Below are positions 40,500 through 56,081 of a stretch of 64,000 nt of DNA, piece by piece; position 1 is the stretch's first letter; every line of letters begins with the position of its first letter. Source of the stretch: Cirrosporium novae-zelandiae (taxonomy: Eukaryota); NCBI GenBank assembly GCA_026023565.1, contig JAPETS010000027.1, positions 124,001-188,000 on the forward strand. Reading direction: 5' to 3'. The translations under genes were made by a program, and so were the position numbers. Under the pieces are notes generated by a model. The model did not search any database. It saw only the letters and a list, made by a program, of their open reading frames with translations, and was not told the DNA's origin.

Positions 40500-41660
40500 G
40501 TGTACTCTTTGCCACGCTAATCGTCAATCCTTTCCTTCTTATATATCCCTTCAATAGATTCTTCATATTCTCTAATCCGGTCTAGTGGCCCTTGGTCACA
40601 CTATAGAGATCTGCACTTGTTATCAGTATTCTAGATTTATCGATCCACCTGCTAGACTTGGCCGGTACTTTGAACGCAACTATCATCAGTGGCTTGCGGT
40701 ACTTTTCCGACACAGCAATAAGCCTAGCTATGGCTTCTGGAACTCCGGGATCATCAAACTCTTCCACTTGCTTTGAAGGGAGACCAAGACTAATGCGAAG
40801 GTCTTTTGGACCGAACGTGAGGCCATTCAGGCCTGAAGTAGCCGCTATCTCAATATTTTTCACAGCAAGCTGTTGACTGTTCTCGTACTAGTCAGCTCTT
40901 TTGAACTTTCGGGTATGGAATGCGGCCTTCATCTTCGTAAGATCTGAATATTTTGGCATGAAAGGGGTGAATTTACTGAGAGTTACTACGGGGTTGGATT
41001 AGGGAAAAATTAGGGGCTTATAGCGCTTTCAATTTGACAGACGACAGCAACATTAGCATTGGCGACCTTTTCATGTGAGGTTCTTAGTAATGCAATGTCC
41101 GTCACTCCCACAATAAGGGCAGAGGGCGAGAGTGAACGTTTGCCACCAGAGTACGCATAGCAGCATTTCAAAACTACAACAGCGGCTTCTTCAAGTGTGT
41201 TGATGTGGGGAAATACGGTGCCAGAGGCACCTGAATATATTAAGGCGGCGAAGTTACTATCCTCTATGATGAACTGGTAGAGGGGGAAGAAGTAGAATAG
41301 GAAAACCCAACGCACCTGCGTCCAGAGCAAAAGTTACTAAGTCAGAATATAGGCCTGGTACGCGGACGATGGCGGCGATGCGGTGTTCACTACTCAAGTC
41401 GATGGTTTGGATGAGTTGAATTAGATTCTCGGTGCTGATTCTACTGATGCCAGGTCTCTTCAGATTATGGTTTTTACCCGACGTCAGTAACAAAAACAAT
41501 TGAGTAGACATACCTGTGTAGAGAGTCGATAAATATGAACTCGATGCAAATGAAACTGCCTAGGATTTTGCTTAGCTCTATGGCAATGACAATGCCAATG
41601 CTAGTGGCTGAGTTGATACCGTCGATAATAACATCGCGTGTGCATTCGCTGGCTGCATCA
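40500..41660 (-). pseudogene. HpcH/HpaI aldolase/citrate-lyase family pseudogene
   Basis: Fragments EFIFIDSLH, IVRVPG, ALDAGA, VFPHINTLEEA, VVCQIES, NIEIAA..GL..L.FGPKDLRISLG separated by introns. There is a frameshift/stop near 41578 (LALSLP* then IELSKILG in another frame) and a probably premature TAG at 40582. Confidence 0.75.
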
Positions 41661-41749
41661 CTATTCGTCTTCCGCTTAAAACCAACTTAAGCAGTTAATT
41701 GCTAAATCGAATGGTCCTCGAGGTAATGTCAGTGCCGTCGTCCTATATT

Positions 41750-42520
41750 ATTATCGTCTAATCATTCTATCTTTATTAGGTACCAAACACATATGCCTTG
41801 GGGTGGGTACTGTCGACCTTATTGACCTTATCATCACCCTCCTTTCGCCCCATGATATCAAAATCATCCTTGACTGTCCAGATGCATTGATCCTGTCTCT
41901 CCCGGACTGTCCGGTTTAAACGAACAGATCCTGACCATCAGCTAGATTTCAAGGGAATTGTGGTCATCGACGAAGCTTACGTCGACTTCGCCTCTCCCCC
42001 ACTCCTCTTCGCCTATATCAATGCTCAGTCTCTTATCTGAATAAAATAATCTTATCGTCCTCAAAACCCTCAGCAAAGCGCATGGTCTTATCGGTTTGCA
42101 GGAAGCTCATTTATCCCTTAGGCAACCCCTTGATAATGATACATTTTCATTATCGTTCCCCATAGGGTAGGCAAATTTTGCTGACGCAAGAGACGAGAAT
42201 CAGTCTAAGCATAGCCTTCCCACCCCTTTTGAACCAAGCAGCTGAACAAAATGCAAACATCCTACTGTATTTCCACATCAACCTCCATATTGGCCATACT
42301 TGCCTTATTCACTGCGAGGGATATCGCTTGCGCTAGCCTATTGCTCAGATGAGTGTTAACCGCGAGATGCTCATCAGTAAGTTTGCAAGCCCATGAATAA
42401 GACTAGGTATTGAGGATGTACCAGGTCGAACCTAGGCTAATTTGATCTTATAACCTATTCCGGCACGAGGAGACAGTCTCACTTCGGGTGAAGTTCCTTC
42501 TGATAGTACTAATGAAGACA
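41750..42520 (+). pseudogene. Histidinol-phosphate aminotransferase-like (HisC/HIS5 family, PLP) pseudogene
   Basis: KGIVVIDEAYVDFA at 41951-41992, NNLIVLKTLSKAHGLIGL (PLP-lysine motif) at about 42045-42098 in a shifted frame after stops, then QLNKMQTSYCISTSTSILAILAL resembling the LNK..APYNIS region. Boundaries approximate. Confidence 0.75.
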
Positions 42521-43445
42521 AAACTAGCTCTGCTTATATATGCATAACCAGCGGGAATATGACAAAAGAGAGTGAATAGATGCTGGTAGAGCAAAAAGAG
42601 TCTGTGAACTATTGAAAAAAGCGCATAATTTCTGTTAGATATGTAGGAGATATGTTGGGGTGCGAAGCGTATGTGAGGATTAAAGTGGAGAAACAGGAGG
42701 AGAATCAGACAGTTATAGAAAAGTTGTCGGAGTGTCTTGAGACAACTTGATGCGTGTTGACGAATTAGGCTCACTGATAGACTAAGGCAGGCCAAGCCTC
42801 GTTTAGGTTGTGCGCGTACACGCAGTACCACTTGCAACGAAGGCCAACGTTCGACTTCTGCATCTACCGAAGGGACACTTTTAAGCAATTAGCTCTTGTG
42901 TCTAGCATGGGGTTTTCCCATTGGAAGACAGGATTGAAATGTTTAGCAGTGGACATATACATCTAGAACTAGAGTAGTACCCGGGTTATAGCTTATGTCT
43001 TTCTACCTTTCTGCTAGTGAAAATACGCTTTTTCGTCTTTCTCGGGGTTGCTTATTGTCAATGATGAAGGGGGCGTTGGTGTTGGTTGATGTTGATGTTG
43101 TGTATATATTTCCAAAAGGATATTCATCGCAAGAGCTACAAATTAGATCGCACGTTATCAGCTGTTTTAACCATATCCTAATGCAGTCTCATAAGTCAAG
43201 CCTAGCTTTCCTAGATCAAATTAATCAGTACTGGAATTCTGTACTCTTTATCACGAGCTCAAATAGGATGAAGAAGTCATTAACAGTCATAGGGACAAAC
43301 TGTGTCCCTGAATTGTTCATAGAATAATTGTTTGATCAATAGCCTTTTAATTTTCGCACCTACAGTCCTTTTGCGAAATTAAAGACTTTTAACGTCTGCT
43401 CATTCCCTAATCCCGAAACGAACTTCCTAGCAAACCTCTCCCCCT

Positions 43446-45383
<1,938 letters not shown>

Positions 45384-46033
45384 CTTGTTGTCGATGCAGT
45401 GGTGGTAAAACTGCTTGTTGCCGAATTGAAGTTCAAAAAGTACAAAGGTTGAAAATTCCTCGCTTGGCTGCTGAATGTGTGAGGGTTGATGATTGGAAAA
45501 ACCCTAGTAGCTAAATTTGGTTTAGCTTAAATGAGCTTAATTTAGCTGCCGCCAAGGCCAACTCAACTTTGATTTTCATAGACAACCCAATAATTATGGC
45601 GCTTTTCCCAGCGCTTATTCCAAACACTCGTTTGTTGTGCCACTTGAGTGCATACTACATTCCTCAAAATAAACGTCTGGTCTGCATGTTCTACAAGGAC
45701 CTGATTACCATTTCAAGATGCATGAAAAGATTGAGGACGAAAGAAAGCCATTACTGGCTGAAAAGCCACCACGATCACTAGCAAACGCCTGTATAACGCC
45801 TTGTGCTCGTGTAGGAGGCTTAGGTAGTCTCATATGTTCCCACTCTTTCTACGCTTGATATGCTAGATTTTTTTGAAATATTAGGCGATATTTCGCTTTC
45901 ATCTTCCTTGAAATACTTCAGATGCTTTCTAATGCATTCCTATTTCACACTTGACTCTTTGCGGTTGGATATTGTTGATACTCGATTTTTTCCTAAGATA
46001 TAAACTTAACAGCTACTTTGAAGCCTAGACCTT

Positions 46034-49000
46034 ATGATTAAATTCAACAAGATTAAACATTCCGCGGGGAAAAAATGGAAGAACTGGAGTCAATTAGCAA
46101 TTGATGGTTTATCATACAAGGGGGATAGTCATAAAAATACCAGTTCGCACTCATTACTACTACAAAAGCTACATCAGAAAGAAAACCTCGACCCTTCAAG
46201 GGTTCCAGTTACCAATTCGTCGTCCTCGCCCAAGCGAAAATCTAGTGAGTTTTTTATTCCCTCTGGAATTGATGGATGCTGACAGCTAAAAGAAACAATC
46301 CAATCATGGAAGCCTATAACTTTAAAAGCGCCATTGTTGCTATCTATGTCCACAATATGCATAGCAATTCTCGTAATCCTCGAAGTTTTATCACAACTTA
46401 GTTCCAGGAACAAGGGCATAATGTTCGCAGAGAGTGTTTCCGATTTCAGCACCGGACAGACCTTCGTATACGCCTATCTTCCTACTATCATTTCTGTTCT
46501 GATTAGCATGACCTGGAATTGGATAGATTTGGATATTAAGAGATTAGAAGGGTTCTTCCAACTTTCGAAGCCTGGAGGAGCCGAAGCATCTCGGTCAATT
46601 CTCTTACAGTATCCCATTGATTTCCTTGCAACTGTTCCAATCAGGGCACTTCAACGACGGTACGTAGTACTTATATATCATGCATTAATCGTAATAGTGA
46701 CTTTTTAGACATTGGACGGTTTTCCTAGGTGGTATTGGCACGGTATTGATTTTCTGGGGCGTTACCCCTTCGCAGAGTGCTATATTCAACACTGGCAAGG
46801 TGACTCTAGTAGAGTCTACACCCGGGACTTTATCTTCTGGCCTGACTGCGGCTACTGTCCCTGGTACTATCTCTAGCGTTCAATTCCTATATTCTGCATA
46901 CGCATACATTTGGCTAGATCAGGCTCTTCCGACTTTCACGACTACGGACTACGCTTTGGCACCTTTCTCTGTACGGGCGTTTGAAAAGACCCCAAATGAC
47001 AAGATATGGATTGCTACTACGACACTTTACGAGACAGAACTCTTTTGTACTCCCGCAGAGACAATTGGCGGTCTTTACAATAGAGTTTTCACCAACGGCC
47101 AAGGCTGTAATGTCAGTCTAAATGATCTTCCACAAAGCCCTACAACAGTGGCCTTATACTTTAACTACTATGTAAACTCTGAAGACGGTGTCTATGATCT
47201 GCAATACGAAGGTTGTCCCACGAACGCATCGCACACATTTCTAGCCTACTGGAATCTTGGCTTATCGAATGGAGTCAACACTACCGCGGTCTTTTGTGAG
47301 CCTTCTTACTTTTCCCAGAGAGTCATGGCTTCTGTTCACTATCCCAATCTTTCGATCCAATCCATAGACAGGATCGGGCAAAGGGAACAGATCGATGATT
47401 CGATATTCAACAGAACCCATTTCGAGTACCTTATTTCAGCAGGCGCTTCGGATATACCAGTCAAGGACGACTTACCCGTCACTCAAGCTATCGACCAACA
47501 AACTCGAATAGACAGCGCTGGTTATGATACGGTTACACCTATAAGTTACCTAATTGGGAGTGCTATTGGTCTAACCTTTTACCCACAACATGAATATCGA
47601 AACCACACAGTTCTCAGTGATGCTCTTACTGCGGCCCACAAGCTCCATTTCTCTCTGGCTGCGAATTACCAAATGAGTCTTGGAAAACAAAATATAACTA
47701 CGTCAGTGAAGAGAAATTTTGAAGCGGAGGCTGTCATGGTTGTACGAATATTCGCTATAGTCGTAGAGGTTCTACTCGGTGTTGTGGCTGTTCTTGCGTT
47801 GCTGATATTATTCTTCTCATATGGAAGATCTAGCGGTCTTGAGTCAGATCCTGCGTCTCTGGCTGCTCTTATGAATCTGGTTCCGTCTGATGAGCATGAC
47901 CGGTCGATCTTTGCTACCCACGATGGGTCTTCGGAGAAGGAGCTGGAGCGCAATCTTAAAGGGAAGTGGTTTGAGATATCATTGAAACAACTTGACCCAA
48001 GTCAATCAAACCGGTTAAAACTCAAGCCAGGGCCCAATAGACCAACTAGTTCTTCTACTAACCAGTCTTCTACTGAAAGTTCTAGGAATACCAAAAATCA
48101 AGATAAAGCAAAGCCTATAAGACCTGCTGAAGCGTCACTCCCTATCGGCTTGATCTTTATTCTGACGCTTGCAGGCTCGGCAGTGGTTCTAGTATTTCTA
48201 AAGATCCAAGCAGATCGGTATAATGGTTAGTCTATGTATCCTATTATCTACGAGTCTCTACTAATATTCAATAAAGGTCTGTCTCCCCCTTCAGCTAACA
48301 CAGTAGTTCAGCAACTCCTGCTTAACTACCTCCCAACAGCCATCGCCACCATTATCGAACCAATTTGGACTCTCCTTAATCGTATGCTCGCAATTATGCT
48401 CCCCCTGGAACAACTTCGCAAAGGCCATTCCCCGTTCGGGATCTCTATTAGCGCAGATTACGGCTCACTTCCTCCACAACTCGTGGCTGGTCGCGCATTT
48501 CGTGCAAAACACTTTCTACTTGGCTCAGTATGCCTCATGATATTGCTAGCAAATATACTCGCTGTCGCTATGAGTAATTTATTCAAAAAAGGGACAATTA
48601 TTCAACCCACGGCCGTGCAGATGGCACAGGGGCTCTCATCTATGGTACAAATTGGAGATCTTTCTGAAGTACCAACACTTGGAAGTCTCACCACATCTAG
48701 AGATTATTTCTATGTGGCAGATCTCTATCTTTCACGAGGAACCCCCCTTCCTCCTTGGATCTCACCCTCTTACTTCTTTCGCCCTTTCAGTCCTACGAAT
48801 GCCTCGTCTTCTAGCCAGACTTTCACAGCCTCCACTATCGGTTTCGGTGTGGATCTCGCTTGTCAAGCCATCAATGACTCTATTCACTTCGAGTTCAACT
48901 TCACGGATCAACTAGGAAAATTCACCGGCGACTTCCCTGACAAGTGTAGTCCAGCCATCGATTATCCTTTTTATTTTAAGGGTGCCACAAATACGACACG

Positions 49001-49970
49001 CAATACCAGCGTATCCATGGAATTAATACGGACGCTGGATTACTATGGTGACATCCAAGTAAAAAAGAGGCGGTCAGCGTGCAAAGAAAAGGTAGTAGCA
49101 GCATGGGTGCATGGAAGGCTTGACGAGGAAGGTAACTTTATCAATAAGCAAAAACGGGCCCTTTTATGTCAGCCGAGTCTCAAGACAGCGAAGTTTAATG
49201 TCAGCGTCGACTATGAGGGGCGTATATCCAACTATACCAGGATAGGAGACTTTAACACTAATACTTCTACATTCCTGGCTGATACCGATGATGCGCATCT
49301 GCTCCTGAGCGGAATATCGGGATTTTTTGCACCATTTTATACCAATGCTGAACATTGGCACAGCAACATCAGCACGTATGACTGGGCCAACACACTACTG
49401 AAATTAAAGCTTAATGACTCGAGTCTCGTGGACCCCGAGGCTACTTTCCCAGCCATTGAAAGCATAGTACCAGCATTTCAAGACGTGTATCGACTTGTCT
49501 TTTCCGTTATGCTCGGCCTTGGCAAAGCCTATATCTTTAATGCTACAAATACGAATTCAACTACGAACACAACTACAGTTTCGAACATAATCATAGGAAG
49601 TACAACCACAAGCACGACTCGTGTCTACCTCTCCAGCACAAACTTCCTCCTCGCACTCATAATCCTATGTCTTTACATCGTCGTCGCGGTCTTCTACTAC
49701 ATTTTCCGCCCTGCAAAGTTCCTCCCGAGGATGCCCACAAGCGTAGCCTCACAAATGTGTTATTTCGCCGAAAGTTCAGCCGTACTGGAAGATGTGAGGG
49801 AGGCCCAGGGGATATTAGAGAAGAAGGACAGAAAGGAGTTCTGGGAGGATCGAAAATATGGATACGGAAAATTCATTGGTGGTGATGGAAAAGCACATGT
49901 TGGCATTGAGCGGTGGCCTTTTTACATCCCGGTGGGAAGAAACGGCGAAATTGAGGGATCTGGAGTGTGA
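46034..49970 (+). CDS. Large multi-pass membrane glycoprotein with two DUF3433-like repeats; exons 46034-46244, 46293-46659, 46709-48225, 48277-49970
   Basis: Repeated YLPTII...W..IDLDIKRLE.F.QLS and YLPTAIATIIEPIW..LNR....L.P.EQLR units, many N-x-S/T sequons, C-terminal YGYGKFIGGDGKAHVGIE. Three GT-AG introns are phase-consistent. Start codon less certain. Confidence 0.8.
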
Positions 49971-51271
49971 GACTCTAAGGGCGCATAGTATTGTTATCCA
50001 CAAACCCAGATAGCCAGGCTTTAGAGTTGTGCAACTCCACGGAAAGAAGAATCTTTTAGAAAAACACTCAACAACAAATCCAATAAGCCATCAGCTCGCA
50101 CCCGGTGCTGCGCAACTCTCAAGTGAATTCCAACACCCAGCACCCAGCAACTAACTACATGAAACTTCGCATCTCACCCACCCAACCATCCAACCAACAT
50201 CCAGCTCTCTCCTATCTATCCAACCTCCTCTTACCAACTTAGACAAGAGGGCCAGCCAAACAAACAACAAACTCAACACGCGTGCAAATCATGAGAACAA
50301 AAATCTCACCGAAAAAGGGGAGGAAAGAAAACACACGGAATCAAATAGTGCATTTCAAGAGAGATTATGAGGGGGGGCGCTGTTCACAAAGTGTTAACAT
50401 TGGCCTAAAAGAAAAGAATCTAGGAATCAAGTAGAGGAACAAAGGGGGGGGGTTGGTATGGAGATGTTAACTATCTACTACAAATACGTCCAACATGAAG
50501 AAGAAAAAGAAGGATGAGAAAGGGGAGGAGGAAATATATATATCAAAGCCCACCCATCTATTTCCATCATCCACATTCATAGTTTAGTTGTTTATCTATC
50601 TATCTTCTACCTTATCCACCTCACTTCCACTCCCATTTCCATTTCCATTTCCACTTCTATATAAATCAAACCCAACCCTAACCTAACCTAACCTAACCTA
50701 CCCCTCACTTGCCCCTCAAAGGGGTCTATGCTTGAATGCAAACAAGACAAACTAGTTACAGTAATTAATTAGGCAATTTCATAACAAACCATAGCCTAAT
50801 CAACAAGTTGTACAGTACACTCTAATTTCCTTAGACGGTTTATTATGCATGATAAAAAAAATCTAAGAACCAACTAAAAAAGGAATAAAAGATGATATAA
50901 TTACCAGTAGTATCATGCACATTTAACTCGTCATTTATCATATTCACAGAGTAATCGTGCATAATGCTATGTAGGTAGGTATGTATGTGCTAAACAAAGC
51001 AAAGTTAATTGCTTCCCATAAAGAGTCATATACATATGGTATGGTGTCCTGGCCATCCGTCATCATCCCATCCCAAGGTCATAAAACCCCACCATCCAAA
51101 AGAAATATGAAAACTCCATCCTATTCTCCATTTATAGTCCATATCCTAAGTTGGCTCCTTCCATAGTCCCTAATGGTTGCTTTATCAAGAAAATAATTGA
51201 AGATTTCGAAGTATCAGAGAGCCTTCCCATTCCGACCCAGCCGGTTGTGGGAGAAAAACGGGTACTGGAAT

Positions 51272-52540
51272 TTACCAATGGCCGAATTTGCTGTGAGCTC
51301 TCCTGACATGATCTCTTGAGAAGCGAACGTTCCTCTTCTTCTTCCCCGAAGCTGACATCTTCAAAGATGTAGACAGACCTGACGTGCACTTGGTACCGGC
51401 AGCCATCTGCTCAACAGCAGTCCATGCACCGCTAGCACAACGCTGATATGATGTTCCGCCAATGCAATTCCATTCGCCTTCAGTGCTGCAAGAGCCGCTG
51501 AGAGCGCCAGAGGTTGAAGTGCCAGTTGAGAGGGCGGCAGATGCAGTTCGGGATGCAGAACTAGCGACCACAACAGAGACAGCAGAAGAAGATACTGCTA
51601 CAGCTGCTGATGAGGTGGCACTGGGAGCGAAATTACCTGGACTGTGGTGTGGATGGAAAGAGTGGGTAGCAGCAGCTGAAGAGGCTGCGACAGAATAGCT
51701 GCTACCGCCAGAAGATCCACTAGAGGATGTAGAGTTAGAGCTCGAGCTCGAGCTTGAACCAGATCCAAGTTCTATGTCGGCGTCAGTTGGGCAAGATCCT
51801 GTAGGTGCTACAAGTTCAGAGCTGCCAGCATATTGAACAGAGTCACCGGGGTTGGGGAACTTCAAGTTTTGGGAGTCGACGGTGGTGCAGCTCCCACCAC
51901 CACCGGCAGCGATATTAGCAACGAACATTTGGGGGAAACTGCTTCCTCGTCGCCATTTGGTGAAGCCGGGCTTTGAGTACTTCTTGATAGAATCTTCGCT
52001 ACGCTTCGAGGACCCACTGGTAACGGTAACAGGAGCACAATTCATGTACATTTCGCGATTACCAACTTTATTGAACCAAGTCCATGCGAGAGTGTATTTG
52101 CCTGGCGAAACACCTTCTGGGATTGAGAACTGGAACTCTTTGAGGGCACTCAGGTCCGAAGTGTCAAGATTGCCTGGGACGTTTGCGGGGCACCCTCCTT
52201 CGATGGAATGTATTACAACCCATTTTACGCTATCGTCCTTTGGCTTCGGGTTGAGGGTAGTAGTAAGACTGATTTGACAAGAGCCGCCTCCATGAACTGC
52301 TGTGCCAGTGAAGCTGAGAGTCTGATTCACTCCGATTGGCATGACATTGTTTGCACCTTCAGCGTCATATGTCTCTGCGCCTCGATACTTGCAGGGAAAA
52401 TTACTGCCATCGGCCTCGAGTGGAGAGTTGTCCAGGCTCGATGCACCATAAGGGGTTGGAGTCTTCATGATCATGTGTGCATCGATGATGGAAGAGAATG
52501 CAAAAGCTGCAGCCATGAGGATGGATTTCGTGGAAGGCAT
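51272..52540 (-). CDS. Secreted AA11 lytic polysaccharide monooxygenase with Ser-rich linker and C-terminal Cys module (X278-like)
   Basis: Signal peptide followed by N-terminal His (IDA|HMIMKTPTPYG), AVHGGGSCQISL, AWTWFNKVGNREMYMNCA, and C-terminal CSTEGEWNCIGGTSYQRCASGAW...GTKC. Confidence 0.88.
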   Translation of the reverse strand: MPSTKSILMAAAFAFSSIIDAHMIMKTPTPYGASSLDNSPLEADGSNFPCKYRGAETYDAEGANNVMPIGVNQTLSFTGTAVHGGGSCQISLTTTLNPKPKDDSVKWVVIHSIEGGCPANVPGNLDTSDLSALKEFQFSIPEGVSPGKYTLAWTWFNKVGNREMYMNCAPVTVTSGSSKRSEDSIKKYSKPGFTKWRRGSSFPQMFVANIAAGGGGSCTTVDSQNLKFPNPGDSVQYAGSSELVAPTGSCPTDADIELGSGSSSSSSSNSTSSSGSSGGSSYSVAASSAAATHSFHPHHSPGNFAPSATSSAAVAVSSSAVSVVVASSASRTASAALSTGTSTSGALSGSCSTEGEWNCIGGTSYQRCASGAWTAVEQMAAGTKCTSGLSTSLKMSASGKKKRNVRFSRDHVRRAHSKFGHW

Positions 52541-55500
52541 TTTGGTATGTTTCTGCTATTGAAGAATTCTAGTTTGCTGCGTGTGAAAGGAATGTTGTGG
52601 TTTTCGTGCCAGACGAAGGTATAAAAATTGGTTTTTGTTTGTAGCGAAGGTCTTGGTCACTTATAAGGTGACGGAAATGAGAAAGTAGATGCTAGATGCT
52701 TGGTCTAGAGAGCGGTCGTTAGTGATCAATACTTCAGTAAGACTCGGTGTAATGATGGAACAGCGGGAGAACAAAAAAGAAGGTTGGTGCTGATATAGTG
52801 GAGCTCGTTCAAGTTCGAGACAGGAAGGTGGTAGAAAGGGTTTCTAAAACAAATATATTGTCTTGGGCGTGAAGTCGAGAAGGGTAGATTCGAGTGAGTG
52901 TTGTTCGATTCCACTAGAACAAAGCTAAAAGAAACAGTTTCATGTTTGAGATGTCTCTACGAAGGGCCAACAATGGCATTTATCAATGCAGGCAATCAAT
53001 AGATGGTGCTCTCATTGCCACTTTTTCAGAGTATCAAAGCGCAAGGCCTATTGTTTCTGAAATTGGAGCCACAATGTGCCTGTGATATGTTGGAAAAAAA
53101 ATAGAGGGTCTTGAATGAGAGACAATGAGAATGGTAGTTTCCGTACCTATTGACTTGTCTTGTACTTTTTATTGAAGGTTAGGTCAAAAGAGTTCAGGTA
53201 CTTTTTCAATGAATGTTCTGTCGTTGAGTAGAGTTGACCTAAGTGTTTCAAGGAGAGTATGTGGTCTGCACCAGGCGACACAGAAAGAATTGAGGAGAGA
53301 AAAAAGGTCTAGCCTTTACGCAGGAGTTGAGAATCTTCAAAGATAATAATGAAAAGAAGTGAAGAGGTCTTGGCTTGGTGAGGGATATGGACGTTTATAT
53401 CCGCCAAGAGGGGTTTCCGACGACATACCCAAGGGATACTCGGGTATCAACGCCAAAGGGGATAGATCTACAGAACAGGGAGAAAAAACTTATGGCTCAT
53501 CAAGCTTTCCAGATCCAAACAGATTCAGAGGCAAGAAAGCGTCAAACAATGCCATTCATTGGATATGGAGCCATCGTGATTGTGACCAGTCCTCCATCGA
53601 AAGCATAACATCGAAGGCATGTTCGGATAGCCTGAAGCTTGACAGAAACGCGCTGTCAGTGTAAACTTGAATCTAGAGAAGGGAAGCGTCGGATTGTTGC
53701 AAGTTTTACAGATGATTGGCAAAGCTTGAATACATGGAATACATGGTGCGGCGGAAACCACTGCAAGGGACCAGATAATTCCGAATGATCAAAAGAATAT
53801 TTTATTAGCTTTGATGACCCCTGAGATAGAAAAGAAGCAACTTCCAGCTGAGCTAGGTACCTTCGTAAGTATGTCTAGCACGCATGATGCGCTTGACCCT
53901 GAATAGTGAGGGTCAAAGGACTGGCTCAGACAGCATTGAAGAGAAGTTTTAGAAACAGCCACTGTCAAAAGTTAAAAGTGAAAGTGAAAGTGACACAAGA
54001 AAGATCCGCATATTCCCTGTTGCTTTTTCCCCGTCTTTCTTATTCTGAATACGGCAAGTTTGACTGGTTTGACTCATTTGACTCTCTTTTTGTTTCCTGT
54101 TTGCTTGTTTTGCCCACTTTTTGCCAACTTTATTAATTATGCCTTAAGATAAATAGGGTTAGTTATGCAAGGGTAGTACTCGAGTACGTCTACCTTATAC
54201 ACAAGAAAGTAGGTCATGGCCATGGCTAGCCCTCCATCTCTGAGGAATTGACATGATCTGACATGACCTGCTTGTTGGCTTGTTGGCTTGTTGGGTCAGG
54301 CGGTTCTGTCGCAGCCTTCTCTAACTTCTACAGTAACTTCTATTGTCCCAACTAACATCTTCAACATTCTTTCCAACAAATGCACCTTTTCAGCGCCTAC
54401 ACAACTTTATTACTTTTTATTATTACTTTAGTCATGTCATCCAAGAAGCTGGAATCCCTTCTCCACCAACGCCACAGTACCCCTGCGTGCCCAATTCAAT
54501 TAGTGAAACATGTTAAGTCGGGAGATAATTATGCTAACAAAGAGACTTTGCAGGTTTTGAAGAAACACCAACGTTGCCGAAGGGGATCTTCCTCCACACA
54601 TCTCTGTTTGTCCCACTGTTCCGAGACCCAGTTAAATTCTATCTTCATAGAATTACACACTCAACGTTGTTTGTTATGCATCTTGATAGGTTCCTTTCCG
54701 TGGTTTCATCTCTACAAATGTACGTATGTTCATCATTTGTTTTTTGCTACCTAATTCTTTTCTACTCACTTGCCAATATTCTTTTAATTATTGCCGCTCC
54801 TCCATCTACAGATCATCAATCTTGCCACTTTCTGATGACGACTCGTATCCACTTTAGAGAGCAGCTACCGAACATTCCAATATTAACAAGAGCTCTGCTA
54901 CTTGAAAATTTGAATATTCAGATGTGACGATTGAAATGATATGTATGGTTTACATCTCAAGGCTTATGTGTGGATACTATTATCTCCTCTTGCATGGAGT
55001 ATGGCAGACTAGTTCTGGATACTATCAAATATTTTTACAGTTTAACTAATTTAGTGATGAGTCTATGGCTCGAGACCAGCCACACACACGGTGCCATTCA
55101 TCCCCTTTGTGACATTCAGCGCCCCTTCAAACATTATGGGATTAAATATTTTCGGTTCCTGTGCTAATATTGTGTTCACCTAGGTCTCTCAGCTCTTGAA
55201 TCCTATTCATTGACTGGATATTTCTTTTCTTAGTAATTTTCCTCTATAGATGTGAAGTTCAACAAGTAATTCACAGTTCAGTCCCGCTCTTCCTAGGAAC
55301 GAAAAGCCAGGAGGCACCCAATTCAACCCTGGATATCGACAGTATATATCCAGAAACCTCAGGGTTGTCGGATAAGAACATGTTCTTCGCCCAAGGAACG
55401 CGCGTTTTGCGATGCAAATTGGACGGCACGTCCCGAAGGGTAAAGGTCACGGAGCTGATAAAAGTTTTCTTTGCTTAACATCTGCATGAATACACCTGCC

Positions 55501-56081
55501 ACTAGTCGGGACTGCCCAACATATCTATCATATGATAGGTGATAAGTGATAGGTCTCTGAGGATGAGCAAATGATTGTCAGAAGAGCCCAGTCCAATGAG
55601 TAGGGAATACTACTTGTTAAGTGCGGAACCAGCAAAAAACAAAGTCTACCAATTAGATTCTAGGACGGTGGAATAACAAATTGGGTAAAAAGTAATTTCG
55701 AAAATATCAATACGAGTTGTTTTTTTCTACACCAAAATATCTATAATTCCATGTAGAACATATCTAACTTATACTTGGCAATTATGCAAGTTCTTCCTGT
55801 GTACCTAGGTACGCGGTACCTTATTAGCTAGCATGGATGTTTATCACAACGGCGAAAATTAAGGTAGCTACCGTATTGCATCCTAGTCAGTCAATGATAT
55901 TCTGAAAAAATCTCCGAATCAAATCCTACCAAATCCAACGTAATCATCCACGAAGATTGATTGCTTGCCTTTATTTCGACGTCCATCTGACATTTCTATA
56001 GCCATATATGTGACTTAAGAGGATGTCCATGTCACAATTATCACTTACATACGGTTAACTTTGAAGATTCCTAAGGCAACA

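Noticed and set aside
50675..50703. (CCTAA)n telomere-like repeat
   Set aside because: About five units, internal, indistinguishable from the many other microsatellites.
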